NCBI GenBank assembly: GCA_041658325.1
Contig: JBBAAI010000001.1
Coordinates: 27,427-91,426, forward strand
Origin: Minisyncoccota bacterium
Lineage (GTDB): Bacteria; Patescibacteriota; Minisyncoccia; Phycocordibacterales; UBA9973
Reading direction: 5' to 3'
DNA length: 64,000 nt
In this document: piece after piece, positions 1 through 9,969 of the stretch
How the letters are laid out: every line of letters starts with the position of its first letter
Numbering within the stretch: the first letter of the stretch is position 1
Notes under the pieces: model-generated
Told to the model about the DNA's origin: nothing
Seen by the model: only the letters and a program-made list of their open reading frames with translations
Database searches by the model: none
Program-made: the position numbers and the translations under genes

Positions 1-266
1 CCCATTTGATCCATTAAACTTTCCAACATAGAATCTGCTTCAATAATCGCAAGTTTCCAATCACTAGAATGTTGAGAAAAAAGATAATTGAGAGTCTTTC
101 CCCAGCGTTCGTTTTTTGAACCACCAACTTCTTCGTGTAGTCTTTTTTCATATTCAACTTTGTTGTGAGCATATTCGGCTATTTCGTGATGTAAATGTTG
201 ATGTTCTTTTTTTCTAATTTCAAACATACGAACGATCGCATAACAAATTATTGTCATGAAAAACAT
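1..266 (-). CDS. partial hypothetical protein (runs off window start); TM helix then HQHLHHEIAEY... soluble part
   Basis: Hand translation of minus strand shows open frame from internal ATG at 266 to window edge; not in ORF track because no stop in window. Confidence 0.3.
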   Translation of the reverse strand, partial: MFFMTIICYAIVRMFEIRKKEHQHLHHEIAEYAHNKVEYEKRLHEEVGGSKNERWGKTLNYLFSQHSSDWKLAIIEADSMLESLMDQM

Positions 267-466
267 TGATAAAAAGAAAAGTGTTGTTTTCCCAAAATTT
301 ATTACTTGGTCACTAGTAATAAATGTAAAAAAATTATGTGCGAACGTAAAACCTTGATTAAATAAGTATTCCGGATTGAAATAATTAGAATCAAGAAATG
401 AACCGTTAAAAAAATTATTTTGGGTTACTGTTTCCATTTGTAAATAAATTATATCATAACTCTTTT

Positions 467-1897
467 TTATTTTACTTTTTCAAATTTTTCACCAATTTCA
501 AAAAGTAAATCTTCTTTCCCATGTGACGTCATAAATTGAATTCCCAACGGCATTTTTTTACCTTCCACCAAAGAGTCACCAGAAGGTATAGAAATAGCTG
601 GAATACCAACGATATTTGCGGTAACTGTGAAGATATCCGCTAAATATACAGAAATCGGATCACTTTTTTCTCCTATTTTCCATGCAACAAATGGCACAGT
701 CGGAGTAGCAATAATATCCACTTCTTGAAATGCTTTTGTAAATTCTTTTCTTAATCCTTCTCGAGCAATCTGCGCCTTGCCATAATAAGCATCATAATAA
801 CCAGCAGAAAGAACATAAGTTCCAAGAAGAATTCTCCTTCTTACTTCTTTTCCGAAACCTTGCCCTTTGGTTAATAAATAATCTTCTAACAAATTTTTGC
901 CATCTTTATGCAGGCCGTATCTAACTCCATCAAAACGAGAAAGATTGGTCGATGCCTCAGCGGGCATAATAATATAATAAATAGCCAAAGCAATATCAAG
1001 ATTTTTTAAAGAAATATCTTTAATTTTAAATCCAAGAATTTTAAATTTTTCAATAGCTTGTTCAAAATTTTCTTTTACTTTTTGATCAACACCATCTCCA
1101 TTGACTAAATCCCAAGGCACACCGATAGTTAAAGTATTTTTATTTTCTGAAGAAACCTCTTTGAATGAATTGAAATCAATCGAAGTGCTATCTAAAACAT
1201 CGTATCCAGAAATCGCATTAAAAATTATCGACGCATCTTCTACATTTTTAGCAATAACTCCAATACAATCAAGTGATGACCCCATGGCAATAAGACCATA
1301 TCTAGACACCCTACCATAAGTGGGCTTCATACCCACTATTCCACAAAAAGATGCTGGTTCTCGCACTGACCCACCTGTGTCAGAACCCAGTGCCCCTAAG
1401 GCAAGATTAGCGGCTACTGCAGCGACCGATCCACCGGAAGACCCCCCTGCTACTCGTGATAAATCATTTGGATTTTTTGTTACCCCAAAAGCTGAATTTT
1501 CTGTGGAACCACCCATAGCAAATTCGTCTGTATTTGTTCTCCCTAAAAATACTGCGCCTTGTTTTTTTAATTTAGCTATCGCCGTCGCGTCATAAGAAGC
1601 TGTATAATTTTCTAAAATTTTTGATGCTACGCCAGCTTTTCTGCCTTCAATCAAAATCACATCTTTGATAGCAAGTGGAATTCCTAATAATGGAAATGTT
1701 TCTCCTTTTGCAATTCTTTCATCCGCCTTTTTTGCTTGCTCTAAAACATCATCGTAAATTTCAAGATAAGCATTTAACTCACTGTTCTTCTTTTCAATTT
1801 CAGCCAAATAAGCCAAGGCTAAATCAACCGCAGAAAATTCTTTCGCATCAAGTTTTTTTCTTGCTTCTGTGATGGTTAGAGTATTTAAATCAATCAT
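467..1897 (-). CDS. gatA: Glu-tRNA(Gln)/Asp-tRNA(Asn) amidotransferase subunit A
   Basis: 476 aa; amidase signature GGSSGGS, full-length similarity pattern to GatA; followed by gatC. Confidence 0.9.
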   Translation of the reverse strand: MIDLNTLTITEARKKLDAKEFSAVDLALAYLAEIEKKNSELNAYLEIYDDVLEQAKKADERIAKGETFPLLGIPLAIKDVILIEGRKAGVASKILENYTASYDATAIAKLKKQGAVFLGRTNTDEFAMGGSTENSAFGVTKNPNDLSRVAGGSSGGSVAAVAANLALGALGSDTGGSVREPASFCGIVGMKPTYGRVSRYGLIAMGSSLDCIGVIAKNVEDASIIFNAISGYDVLDSTSIDFNSFKEVSSENKNTLTIGVPWDLVNGDGVDQKVKENFEQAIEKFKILGFKIKDISLKNLDIALAIYYIIMPAEASTNLSRFDGVRYGLHKDGKNLLEDYLLTKGQGFGKEVRRRILLGTYVLSAGYYDAYYGKAQIAREGLRKEFTKAFQEVDIIATPTVPFVAWKIGEKSDPISVYLADIFTVTANIVGIPAISIPSGDSLVEGKKMPLGIQFMTSHGKEDLLFEIGEKFEKVK

Positions 1898-2166
1898 AAA
1901 ATCTTTTTTACTTTTAGAAAATCATCTTTCGCGTCTGGAAATTGTTTTGTAATTAGTTCTTTTGAAAACTCTCTTGAACCCGTTTCATCTTCTCGCCAAA
2001 CATTATAAAAATCCTGAACTGATTTTGTATCTTCCATTTCTACTTTTTCAATTACATTCACATAAGCTAAAATACCTTTCATATCTGAAAGTATTTCTTT
2101 TTTTTCATTTTCTGAAAGTTCGATCTTTGCAAGCTCTGCTAGATTTTCAACATCTTTTATGTCCAT
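1894..2166 (-). CDS. gatC: Asp/Glu-tRNA amidotransferase subunit C
   Basis: ~90 aa, MDIKDVENLAELAKIELSENEKK... typical GatC; overlaps gatA start by 4 nt (operon). Confidence 0.7.
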   Translation of the reverse strand: MDIKDVENLAELAKIELSENEKKEILSDMKGILAYVNVIEKVEMEDTKSVQDFYNVWREDETGSREFSKELITKQFPDAKDDFLKVKKIL

Positions 2167-2188
2167 ATAATAACAGTATACTCTAACC

Positions 2189-3073
2189 TTATTTCCCAAT
2201 CAAAGCCTTAATTCTCTCTTCTACCGGCGGGTGGGTCACAAAGAAACCACTAATTTTTTTACTTACACTTGTGCCTTTTGGATCAGCGATATATAAATGC
2301 GCAATGGCGCCAGACTGACGAACCATGGGTTGACTATGCTCCGAAATTTTGCGAAGCGCATTGGCAAGTCCATCTGGATAACGAGTGAGCAATGCCCCAG
2401 ATGCATCCGCTAAAAATTCACGTTTTCTAGAAATAGCGAGCTGAATCAAAACAGCAGCGAGAGGCGCCAAGATTGATAGGATAATCCCAACAATCATAAA
2501 AATTCCACCATTATTTTTGCTATCTCTTCCCCCACCGAAAAATAAATTTCTCCTAAAAACATCGGCAACAATAGTAACAAAACCTACTAGCACGACCACA
2601 ACTGTTGAAAGCAACATATCTTTATTACCAATATGCGAAAGTTCGTGCGCTATCACACCCTCTAATTCGTTCTTTTCTAAAATCGCAAGAAGTCCTGTAG
2701 TCGCGCAGACGACAGCATGGTTTTTATCTCTGCCAGTTGCAAAAGCATTCGGCGATAGATCCTGTACTACATACACTTTCGGCATCGGCAATCCAGCGGT
2801 TATAGCCAGATTCTCCACGCTATTATATAGATCAAAATATTCTTCCCTTTTTGCTTCCTTCGCGCCTGCTAAAGTAAGAACAATTTTGTCTGAAAACCAA
2901 TAGGAAAAAAAATTCATCAAAACACTAAAGACCACAAAAAAGTAAAGAATGTTTGGATTGCCGTAATAATAACTAAAAAACCAACCGAAACCGATGACCA
3001 CCACAAAAAACACTGCCATTAATGCCCAGGTTTTCGTAACATTTTTTGATTGCTCGGTATAAAGTGTTGCCAT
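2189..3073 (-). CDS. htpX: HtpX-like M48 zinc metalloprotease
   Basis: HELSH zinc motif, 4 TM segments, adjacent lemA as in common lemA-htpX pair. Confidence 0.85.
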   Translation of the reverse strand: MATLYTEQSKNVTKTWALMAVFFVVVIGFGWFFSYYYGNPNILYFFVVFSVLMNFFSYWFSDKIVLTLAGAKEAKREEYFDLYNSVENLAITAGLPMPKVYVVQDLSPNAFATGRDKNHAVVCATTGLLAILEKNELEGVIAHELSHIGNKDMLLSTVVVVLVGFVTIVADVFRRNLFFGGGRDSKNNGGIFMIVGIILSILAPLAAVLIQLAISRKREFLADASGALLTRYPDGLANALRKISEHSQPMVRQSGAIAHLYIADPKGTSVSKKISGFFVTHPPVEERIKALIGK

Positions 3074-3637
3074 TTAAAACTTTACTTCCACGGGATTCTG
3101 CGCAACGTCATTGTCAGCAAGATCGAAGAACTCCATTTTGGAAAAATTAAACATTTTTGCAATTATGTTACCAGGAAAAATTTCAATTGAAATGTTTAAA
3201 TCACGAACATTTGTATTGTAAAATCTGCGAGCGGCTTGAATTTTATTTTCTGTATCGGAAAGTTCATTTTGCAGTGCTAAGAAATTTTGATTGGCTTTTA
3301 ATTCTGGATAAGCTTCCGCGATAGCGAAAACTGATTTCAAGGCACCGGTCAACATATTTTCTGCTCCGGCCTTGTCTGCTAAATTACCTCCTGCACCCAT
3401 CGCAGCGGAACGAGCTTTGGTAACATTTTCAAAAGCAGAACTTTCGTGAGTAGCATAACCTTTTACTGTGTTTACCAAGTTCGGAATCAGATCGTATCTT
3501 CTTTTTAACTGTACTTCAATATCCGCCCAAGCTTCTTTGGAACGATTTACCAAAGTAACAAATTTATTATAAGCAAAAACAAGCCAAACAATAACGATAA
3601 AACAAATACCTATTAAAATCCAAAAAAAATTATTCAT
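3074..3637 (-). CDS. lemA: LemA family protein
   Basis: N-terminal TM, conserved LemA core (KEAWADIEVQLKRRYDLIPNLV). Confidence 0.85.
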   Translation of the reverse strand: MNNFFWILIGICFIVIVWLVFAYNKFVTLVNRSKEAWADIEVQLKRRYDLIPNLVNTVKGYATHESSAFENVTKARSAAMGAGGNLADKAGAENMLTGALKSVFAIAEAYPELKANQNFLALQNELSDTENKIQAARRFYNTNVRDLNISIEIFPGNIIAKMFNFSKMEFFDLADNDVAQNPVEVKF

Positions 3638-3706
3638 AAAAAGAAATTCAAAAAAATTATACTAATAATAAACACACATTTATTGTATCACACAGGGCAA
3701 AAAGGT

Positions 3707-4609
3707 CTATTTTTTCTTTTGCCATTCTTCTACCAAAACTAACAATGGCGAAGCTAGAAAAATTGAAGAATATGTCCCAAAGAACATTCCAGCAGTAAGC
3801 ATAAGGGCAAAATACTTCGTAGAGACAGGACCAAAGAAGAACAAGGCTAGAAGAACAAGTATAACTGTAAGGGACGTACAAATAGAACGAACAAATGATT
3901 GATCAAGGCTCTTACCCACAGTTTCACTAAAGTTTATTTTATTTACATTAGCTTGATTTCTTAAGTTTTCCCTAATTCTATCAAAAATAACTATTGTGTC
4001 AGAAACAGAAAGACCTAGAATAGTAAGAACTGCTACCACAAAAAGAGTATCTACTTCTGCCCCATAATAATGAGAAAGTAAAACAAATAATCCTACTGGG
4101 ATAATTACATCATGTAAAAGTGAAACGATAGCAATAATTCCATATTTCCAAGAAGAAACTGGTTTAGAAACTTTTCTAAAAGCAAAAGCAATAAAACAAA
4201 TAATCGCCAAAGAAATTAAAATAATCGCCAAAACTGCTTTTCTGGTAAGCTCTCTACCCACCGTCGGTCCGATGGAATTAAAACTCATTTCAGTCAAAGG
4301 ATTTTGGTCTTCTTGGGAAAGTGTTTTCAAAAGCAGCGTATGTTCAGAATCATTTAGATCGCGAGTTTTTACAATATAACCAAGATCCCCTGTCGGCTGG
4401 AGGAGAATAGAACCAAAGCTAAGGGAAGCGAGAGATTTATCTAAAACATCTTGCGCTGGGCGTTCTATTTTATAAACAACCTCAACCAATGCACCCCCTT
4501 TAAAATCAATACCAATATTCAATCCAAATATAAATAATGACAAAATAGAAAGAACAACCAAAACCATTGATATACCGATAAATATTTTTTTGTATTTTAT
4601 TATAAACAT
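3707..4609 (-). CDS. secF: protein translocase subunit SecF
   Basis: 300 aa, 6 TM, follows secD. Confidence 0.85.
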   Translation of the reverse strand: MFIIKYKKIFIGISMVLVVLSILSLFIFGLNIGIDFKGGALVEVVYKIERPAQDVLDKSLASLSFGSILLQPTGDLGYIVKTRDLNDSEHTLLLKTLSQEDQNPLTEMSFNSIGPTVGRELTRKAVLAIILISLAIICFIAFAFRKVSKPVSSWKYGIIAIVSLLHDVIIPVGLFVLLSHYYGAEVDTLFVVAVLTILGLSVSDTIVIFDRIRENLRNQANVNKINFSETVGKSLDQSFVRSICTSLTVILVLLALFFFGPVSTKYFALMLTAGMFFGTYSSIFLASPLLVLVEEWQKKK

Positions 4610-4615
4610 AATTTT

Positions 4616-5998
4616 TTATTCTTTTTGTTTGGCTACACCACTTGAAAGTCCACTCGAAAATAAAAATCTGGCAACTTTTCCTTCCCCCATAAAACTAAGC
4701 ATAGAAAGAAAAATTCTGCTAATTGTAATGGCACTAAACATCGACACCATCACCCCCATACCCAGTGTCAAAGCAAAACCCTTAATCAAAGAAGTACCAA
4801 ACCAAAACAAAATAATTGCTGTGATGAGACTTGAAATATTTGAATCTCGGATAGAAAACCAAGCTCTAGAAAAACCAACTGAAGTTGCATCTGCAATACT
4901 TCTTCCAGAGCGCAATTCTTCCTTAACACGCTCAAAGATAAGCACATTAGCATCCACTGCTATACCAATAGAAATAATAAATCCAGCAATACCAGCAGCA
5001 GTCAAAGTAACAGGCAAAAGTTTAAAAAGAGCTAATATTATTATGATAAAAATGCAAAGAGAAAAAGTGGCGATTAAACCTGGCAAGCGATATAAAAGAA
5101 TTAAAAATAAAGCCACTAATAAAAATCCTACAATAGTAGCTTTAACTCCAGCATTTACTGCACTGTCTCCCAAAATAGCACCGATCGTTTGGGTAGAAAG
5201 AAGAGTGATGGGCACGGGTAGAGCTCCAGAATTAAGTCGGCCGACTAATTGTTTTGCTTCAGTGGGAGAAAAGTTTCCAGAAATTACCGCCTGACCATTG
5301 GGGATTTCCTCTCGAACAACAGGAGTAGAAATAGGAGCACCGTCTAGATAAATTGCTACCATTTTACCAATATTGTCTTTGGTAATTTGAGCAAAAAGTT
5401 TCGTTCCGATATCGTTAAACTGCAAACTTACTTTTGGTTCGCGAGTATTGGTATCAAATTCTAAAGTTGCTTTCTGCAAATATCGTCCAGTAAGTTCTGT
5501 AGAGACAAACTGAGAACTTAAATCTAAATTTACCTTTCCGTCTTTATCTACGGTCGCATTTTGAGGAGTATCCTTGGGAGCTTCAATTTTAAATTCAAGA
5601 AGTGGGGTCTGCCCGATCATTTCTACTGCCTGTTTAACGTCGGTTACTCCTGGAAGATCAACGATTAATTGTTCTTCTCCACCAGAAACAAAACCACCGT
5701 GTTGTACTTGTACTACTGGTTCAGAAACTCCAAAAAGATTTATACGTCGCTCGATCACATCACGAAGAGCGTTCATTGAATCTCCAACCTGATCAGCTGG
5801 AACTACAGAAGTATCAGCTTTATATATCAAATGACTACCTCCAGAAAGATCAAGGCCGAGACGAAAAGGATGATTCTTAAAAAACGAGCTGGCTGTAGCA
5901 AAATTCTTATTTAATCTAGGTTCAGATTTAAAAATAAAAAAGGCTACTCCCCCTCCTAAAATAAGTATTATTATAGTTAAAACAATCTTTTTCCACAT
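4616..5998 (-). CDS. secD: protein translocase subunit SecD
   Basis: 460 aa, GLDLSGGSHLIY motif, large periplasmic loop then 5 C-terminal TM. Confidence 0.85.
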   Translation of the reverse strand: MWKKIVLTIIILILGGGVAFFIFKSEPRLNKNFATASSFFKNHPFRLGLDLSGGSHLIYKADTSVVPADQVGDSMNALRDVIERRINLFGVSEPVVQVQHGGFVSGGEEQLIVDLPGVTDVKQAVEMIGQTPLLEFKIEAPKDTPQNATVDKDGKVNLDLSSQFVSTELTGRYLQKATLEFDTNTREPKVSLQFNDIGTKLFAQITKDNIGKMVAIYLDGAPISTPVVREEIPNGQAVISGNFSPTEAKQLVGRLNSGALPVPITLLSTQTIGAILGDSAVNAGVKATIVGFLLVALFLILLYRLPGLIATFSLCIFIIIILALFKLLPVTLTAAGIAGFIISIGIAVDANVLIFERVKEELRSGRSIADATSVGFSRAWFSIRDSNISSLITAIILFWFGTSLIKGFALTLGMGVMVSMFSAITISRIFLSMLSFMGEGKVARFLFSSGLSSGVAKQKE

Positions 5999-6013
5999 AA
6001 ATATAAAGCTATT

Positions 6014-6550
6014 CTATACACTTTTCACAAAATATGCAACCAAATAAGAAATTGTGCCACCTAGAATAAAACCACCAAGAATATCAATCGGGAAATGTAC
6101 TCCAGCGACAATACGTGCCACCCCAATCAATAAAGCAAAAAATATAAAAACGTAGCCAGCTTTTTTATGCAGAAAAAATATTGAAAAAGCTAAAGCAGAG
6201 AAAAATGCAGCATGCCCAGACGGAAAAGCATAACTGGATTCACTGAAAAGAGCGTTTATGTTTGGAAATGCTAAGAATGGTCGTGTTGTATGAAATAAAA
6301 TTTTTAATATTGAAGCTAAAAAATATGCCAAGAAACTAGAAAAGAATACAACTAGTATTTCCTTCTTTTTTTCCAAAAAAACACGAAACGGATTCTCTGC
6401 TCGCAAAATCTCATGATGAAACAGCAAAAAAAGTCCTGCTAATATAACTGCTACAAAAGGAAAATAAACAGCCAAAAAAATAATTAAGTTATCAAATAAG
6501 TTTGACTGATGCGCTAAATTATAAAAAAAGAAAAAAATTGCGTTGTTCAT
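6014..6550 (-). CDS. PAP2 family phosphatase (undecaprenyl-diphosphatase/PgpB-like)
   Basis: PAP2 motifs KILFHTTRP, PSGH, ARIVAGVHFPIDILGG; polytopic membrane. Confidence 0.7.
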   Translation of the reverse strand: MNNAIFFFFYNLAHQSNLFDNLIIFLAVYFPFVAVILAGLFLLFHHEILRAENPFRVFLEKKKEILVVFFSSFLAYFLASILKILFHTTRPFLAFPNINALFSESSYAFPSGHAAFFSALAFSIFFLHKKAGYVFIFFALLIGVARIVAGVHFPIDILGGFILGGTISYLVAYFVKSV

Positions 6551-6551
6551 A

Positions 6552-7382
6552 TTATTTTAAATTTTTTGCTACGATTAATACATTATTAAGGAGCATTGCG
6601 ACAGTGACGGGACCGACGCCTCCGGGAACAGGAGAAACGTATCCGGCTACGTCTTTAACAGATTCCAAATCAACATCGCCCACGATTCCCCCATTGGATT
6701 CTGAAGTTCCAGCGTCTATTAATACAGTTCCTTCTTTAATCATATCACCCGTAAGATATTTCCCTTTTCCCATCCCCGAAATTATAACCTCGGATTGTTT
6801 GATTATTTCTTCTTTGTTGGGAGTTTCGTTAGTAATTATTTCAGGTGATAAATTTCTCGCGCGAAGGAGTGCAGTAACTGGTTTACCTACCAACATCCCC
6901 TGCCCTAAAACAACTATTTTTTTAGTAGTTAAATCTAAATTCAAAGAATCTAACAGAGCCATGCAAGAAAGTGCCGCTGGAAAACTTATCGTACTTTCTC
7001 CATTATAAAATTTTTCACTAGCAATAGTTCCCAAACAATCAACATCTAGTTTCGGATCAATAGCGTTTAAAATCATCTCTTGATTTAAATGAGAAGGCAA
7101 AGGAAGTTGAATAATAATACCGCACATATTTTTCATATTATTTAAAACATTTATTTCTCTAACCAAATTATCAGTGGTTATAGATTCAGAAAAATTTGCT
7201 TTATAGAAAGAAATGCCGACGGCTTCTGCGGTACGTTCTTTGATTTGTACGTATTGAATCGAGGCTGGATCTTCTCCCACTAAGACATCACAAAAAACTG
7301 GTTTAAAAGGAAGAGCAACTACTTCACTTTTTATTTTAGACAAAATTTCATCTCGTATTTTTCTTCCATCAATAATTTGCAT
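6552..7382 (-). CDS. folD: bifunctional methylenetetrahydrofolate dehydrogenase/cyclohydrolase
   Basis: 276 aa, FolD hallmark pattern (QIIDGRKIRDEILSKIK..., C-terminal PGGVGPVTVAMLL). Confidence 0.9.
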   Translation of the reverse strand: MQIIDGRKIRDEILSKIKSEVVALPFKPVFCDVLVGEDPASIQYVQIKERTAEAVGISFYKANFSESITTDNLVREINVLNNMKNMCGIIIQLPLPSHLNQEMILNAIDPKLDVDCLGTIASEKFYNGESTISFPAALSCMALLDSLNLDLTTKKIVVLGQGMLVGKPVTALLRARNLSPEIITNETPNKEEIIKQSEVIISGMGKGKYLTGDMIKEGTVLIDAGTSESNGGIVGDVDLESVKDVAGYVSPVPGGVGPVTVAMLLNNVLIVAKNLK

Positions 7383-7387
7383 ATTTT

Positions 7388-8518
7388 TTATACTCCCAAA
7401 AATTCATTTTTCATATCATCTTGATGCGCAGACCTGCCATATTTACGCATACTCATTAAAATTCCTAAGCCGACAAATTCAGTCAACAAATGAGAACCTC
7501 CATAACTCATAAAAGGAAGAGGAATACCAGTCACCGGCAAAAGCCCTAGGTTCATTCCAATATTTATGATTATATGTCCCATAAACCAAATAGCAATGCC
7601 CATACCAAAAAGTATTTCAAAATTAGACGCACCCAAAGAAGCAGTGTAAAGAATTCGCCAAATTACAAGACTGTAAAATAATAAAATTAAAGCCGAACCG
7701 ATGAAACCCCATTCTTCCGCATAAGCAGCAAAAATAAAATCAGATTGAGGAACGGGCAAAAATTTCAATCTTGATTGAGTTCCAAAACCCAACCCCTTGC
7801 CCATTATTTGACCAGAGCCTACAGCAATAGTTGATTGAAAAACATTATACCCTGTTTTTTGGACATCAGCTAAAGGATTTATAAAATTATAAATACGAGC
7901 TTTTTGATATGGAGCAAAAACAAAAAACCAAAGTGAAATAAAAATCAACACTCCAGAAGTAATAACTAAAAATAAGTGAACTTTAGAAATTCCAGAAACA
8001 AGTACCATTCCAAACCAAATAGCCAGAATAATCATCGCTGAACCAAAATCTGGTTGAAGTAAAACCAAGACCAAAGGGACAAGTGCGTAAAATCCAGAAA
8101 TAAAAATGTGTTTAATATCTCTGATTTCTACATGTCGACGGGAAAAATATTTAGCCAAAACTAAAACCAAAACTAACTTCATAACATCAACTGGTTGAAA
8201 AGATAAAAAACCAAAATTAAACCAACTTTTAGGCCCATTAGAAACATTTACTAAAACGACAAGTATCAACAATATAAAAGACGTGAATAAAAATAAAAAT
8301 ACGAGTACATTCGTACGTTTTAAAAAACGAAAATCAATAAAAGAGAAGAGAAAAAAGACAGAAAAAGATATCAGAACCCAAATAATTTGTTTACTAAAAA
8401 AATCACTTGGATTTTCCAGTGATGAAAAAGACTTCATAGTAACAAGGCCTCCTGCAATTATCGGAACGATAAAAACAACTAGGAGCCAATCTATTCTTTT
8501 TAGAGCTTTTTCAGCCAT
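7388..8518 (-). CDS. SEDS family peptidoglycan glycosyltransferase (FtsW/RodA)
   Basis: 376 aa, ~10 TM, conserved SEDS C-terminal region (PVTGIPLPFMSYGGS). Confidence 0.8.
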   Translation of the reverse strand: MAEKALKRIDWLLVVFIVPIIAGGLVTMKSFSSLENPSDFFSKQIIWVLISFSVFFLFSFIDFRFLKRTNVLVFLFLFTSFILLILVVLVNVSNGPKSWFNFGFLSFQPVDVMKLVLVLVLAKYFSRRHVEIRDIKHIFISGFYALVPLVLVLLQPDFGSAMIILAIWFGMVLVSGISKVHLFLVITSGVLIFISLWFFVFAPYQKARIYNFINPLADVQKTGYNVFQSTIAVGSGQIMGKGLGFGTQSRLKFLPVPQSDFIFAAYAEEWGFIGSALILLFYSLVIWRILYTASLGASNFEILFGMGIAIWFMGHIIINIGMNLGLLPVTGIPLPFMSYGGSHLLTEFVGLGILMSMRKYGRSAHQDDMKNEFLGV

Positions 8519-8597
8519 CCCAATACTAAAATTTTAAGTTTTTATTAATAGTGGTCATTTGTTGTAATCAAAAATTTAGTACGGGACAAGTAATCCA

Positions 8598-9389
8598 TTA
8601 CTGTAATTTAGCGGTAAAAATGTCGTACATTGGAATTATTTCTTTAGCGACCACGGTACCAGAAAATGGTTCTGGCCAAGTAAAATTGATATCAGCGTTT
8701 TGAAGTGGAGTAAGTTCATTTAAATAAGTGCGACTAGTAGAAATGGCATTACCTAGAGCATCATATAAAACTGCCACCACCCCTACATTAGGAATAGTAA
8801 AAAGTGAATTATTCTTTATAGTGGCGGAAAGTCGTGGAAGAGTTTTATCATCTGAAAGTTGGATATTTGAAATCAAAACTTTTAATTGATCCATCTTTTC
8901 TTGTGGTACTTGTAGCCAAACAGGTGTTTCCGTAAATTCAAAAGTTACATAAACAGGAATAGAATTACCGATGTCTATGCCTGGTTCAAAAACCACGAAA
9001 TTACCTCCTGGGGGAATAAAGGTGCTACCTTCTCGCTTTCCAATATATATATTTCTTGCATCAGCAAAACGAAATCTGTAATTTATTTTTTGAACTGCGG
9101 TGTTTTTATTATGATTTACTAGATAAGCAACAGCATTGTAACGCCCAGGTATCACCCGAAAAGCGCGAGACCAGAGAACAGAAACTTGATCTACTTGAGC
9201 AAAACAAGCTTTAGCACACGACCCACCACAATCTACTCCTGTTTCATTTCCATTTTGTTTCCCATCAATACAAGTCGGTGCTTTATTGAGGCGAGGATAA
9301 ATTATTAAAAATCCAAATATTGAAAAAAATAAAACAAGAATAGTTATATAAAAAATTTGTCGTTTTAATGCCCAAGTCATTATCACCAT
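8598..9389 (-). CDS. hypothetical membrane-anchored extracytoplasmic protein, Cys-rich N-terminal region
   Basis: 263 aa ORF, N-terminal TM, CIDGKQNGNETGVDCGGSCAKAC cluster; no family recognised. Confidence 0.45.
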   Translation of the reverse strand: MVIMTWALKRQIFYITILVLFFSIFGFLIIYPRLNKAPTCIDGKQNGNETGVDCGGSCAKACFAQVDQVSVLWSRAFRVIPGRYNAVAYLVNHNKNTAVQKINYRFRFADARNIYIGKREGSTFIPPGGNFVVFEPGIDIGNSIPVYVTFEFTETPVWLQVPQEKMDQLKVLISNIQLSDDKTLPRLSATIKNNSLFTIPNVGVVAVLYDALGNAISTSRTYLNELTPLQNADINFTWPEPFSGTVVAKEIIPMYDIFTAKLQ

Positions 9390-9456
9390 AAAGATATAAT
9401 AACACTAAAAAAATCCCTCGGCCATAGCCTACGGACGAGGCAAAAATAAACGCCTA

Positions 9457-9497
9457 AAAATGGTAAAAGCTCGGCGCGTCATAGACGGCCGAGCTCG
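9457..9497 (-). terminator. rho-independent terminator (gagctcggcc...ggccgagc + U-run) closing the GC-rich two-ORF module
   Basis: 7-bp GC stem gctcggc/gccgagc followed by TTTTACCATTTTT on minus strand. Confidence 0.5.
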
Positions 9498-9499
9498 AT

Positions 9500-9700
9500 T
9501 TATTCTTTCCTTTCTTTTTTCCACCACTCAGGGTACAGTCTGTCCATGATACGGGCACCCTTCTCCTTCAAAAGATAATGAACAAAAAAAGTTGGGAGCG
9601 GGAGTTTTAGAATCTTCTCGGAAGGCAGTGCTATCAAGCACTCCATCCCAACAAGAAGCAACCCCGCTGCTGCGAACAAGAGACACAAAGGTAAATTCAT
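9500..9700 (-). CDS. small hydrophobic protein (66 aa) with AAGGAGG Shine-Dalgarno
   Basis: ORF preceded 8 nt upstream by gaaaaggaggagggg; sits in ~55% GC island in 33% GC genome. Confidence 0.3.
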   Translation of the reverse strand: MNLPLCLLFAAAGLLLVGMECLIALPSEKILKLPLPTFFVHYLLKEKGARIMDRLYPEWWKKERKE

Positions 9701-9735
9701 TTCCCCTCCTCCTTTTCAGCCGGGAAAGCTGAGAG

Positions 9736-9888
9736 CTAAAAAGTGAATCTCCTCCCCGTTCCGATGACGCCCATCTCCTGCCCGCGACGATGGCGAAGGC
9801 GACGAAACTCGCGACGAGTTTTCCACCCTAGCCACACAATACGAAACTCCTTCCGGAGCCTGATCAGCGTCACCTTGATAGCCGTCAT
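9736..9888 (-). CDS. small Arg-rich basic protein (~50 aa) with GGAGGTGA Shine-Dalgarno
   Basis: ATG (MTAIKVTLIRLRKEFR...) 5 nt after perfect SD GGAGGTGA; GC-rich island. Confidence 0.3.
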   Translation of the reverse strand: MTAIKVTLIRLRKEFRIVWLGWKTRREFRRLRHRRGQEMGVIGTGRRFTF

Positions 9889-9969
9889 GGTCACCTCCCT
9901 ATCCTTACATATTGTATCACACACAATATCAAAAAGTCAAGCTATATTTAAGCTTATTAAATATAGCTA

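Noticed and set aside
9700-9960. GC-rich island as a known structured RNA (RNase P RNA, tmRNA, SRP RNA, or a 16S fragment)
   Set aside because: The hallmark strings were not found. Absent are GGAAAGUCCGGGC for RNase P, the tmRNA tag-reading frame/CCA end, the SRP GGUGCUGUUU/AGCAGGG pair, and the 16S 3-prime GUAACCGUAGG…GGAUCACCUCCUUA. It is left as an unassigned island.
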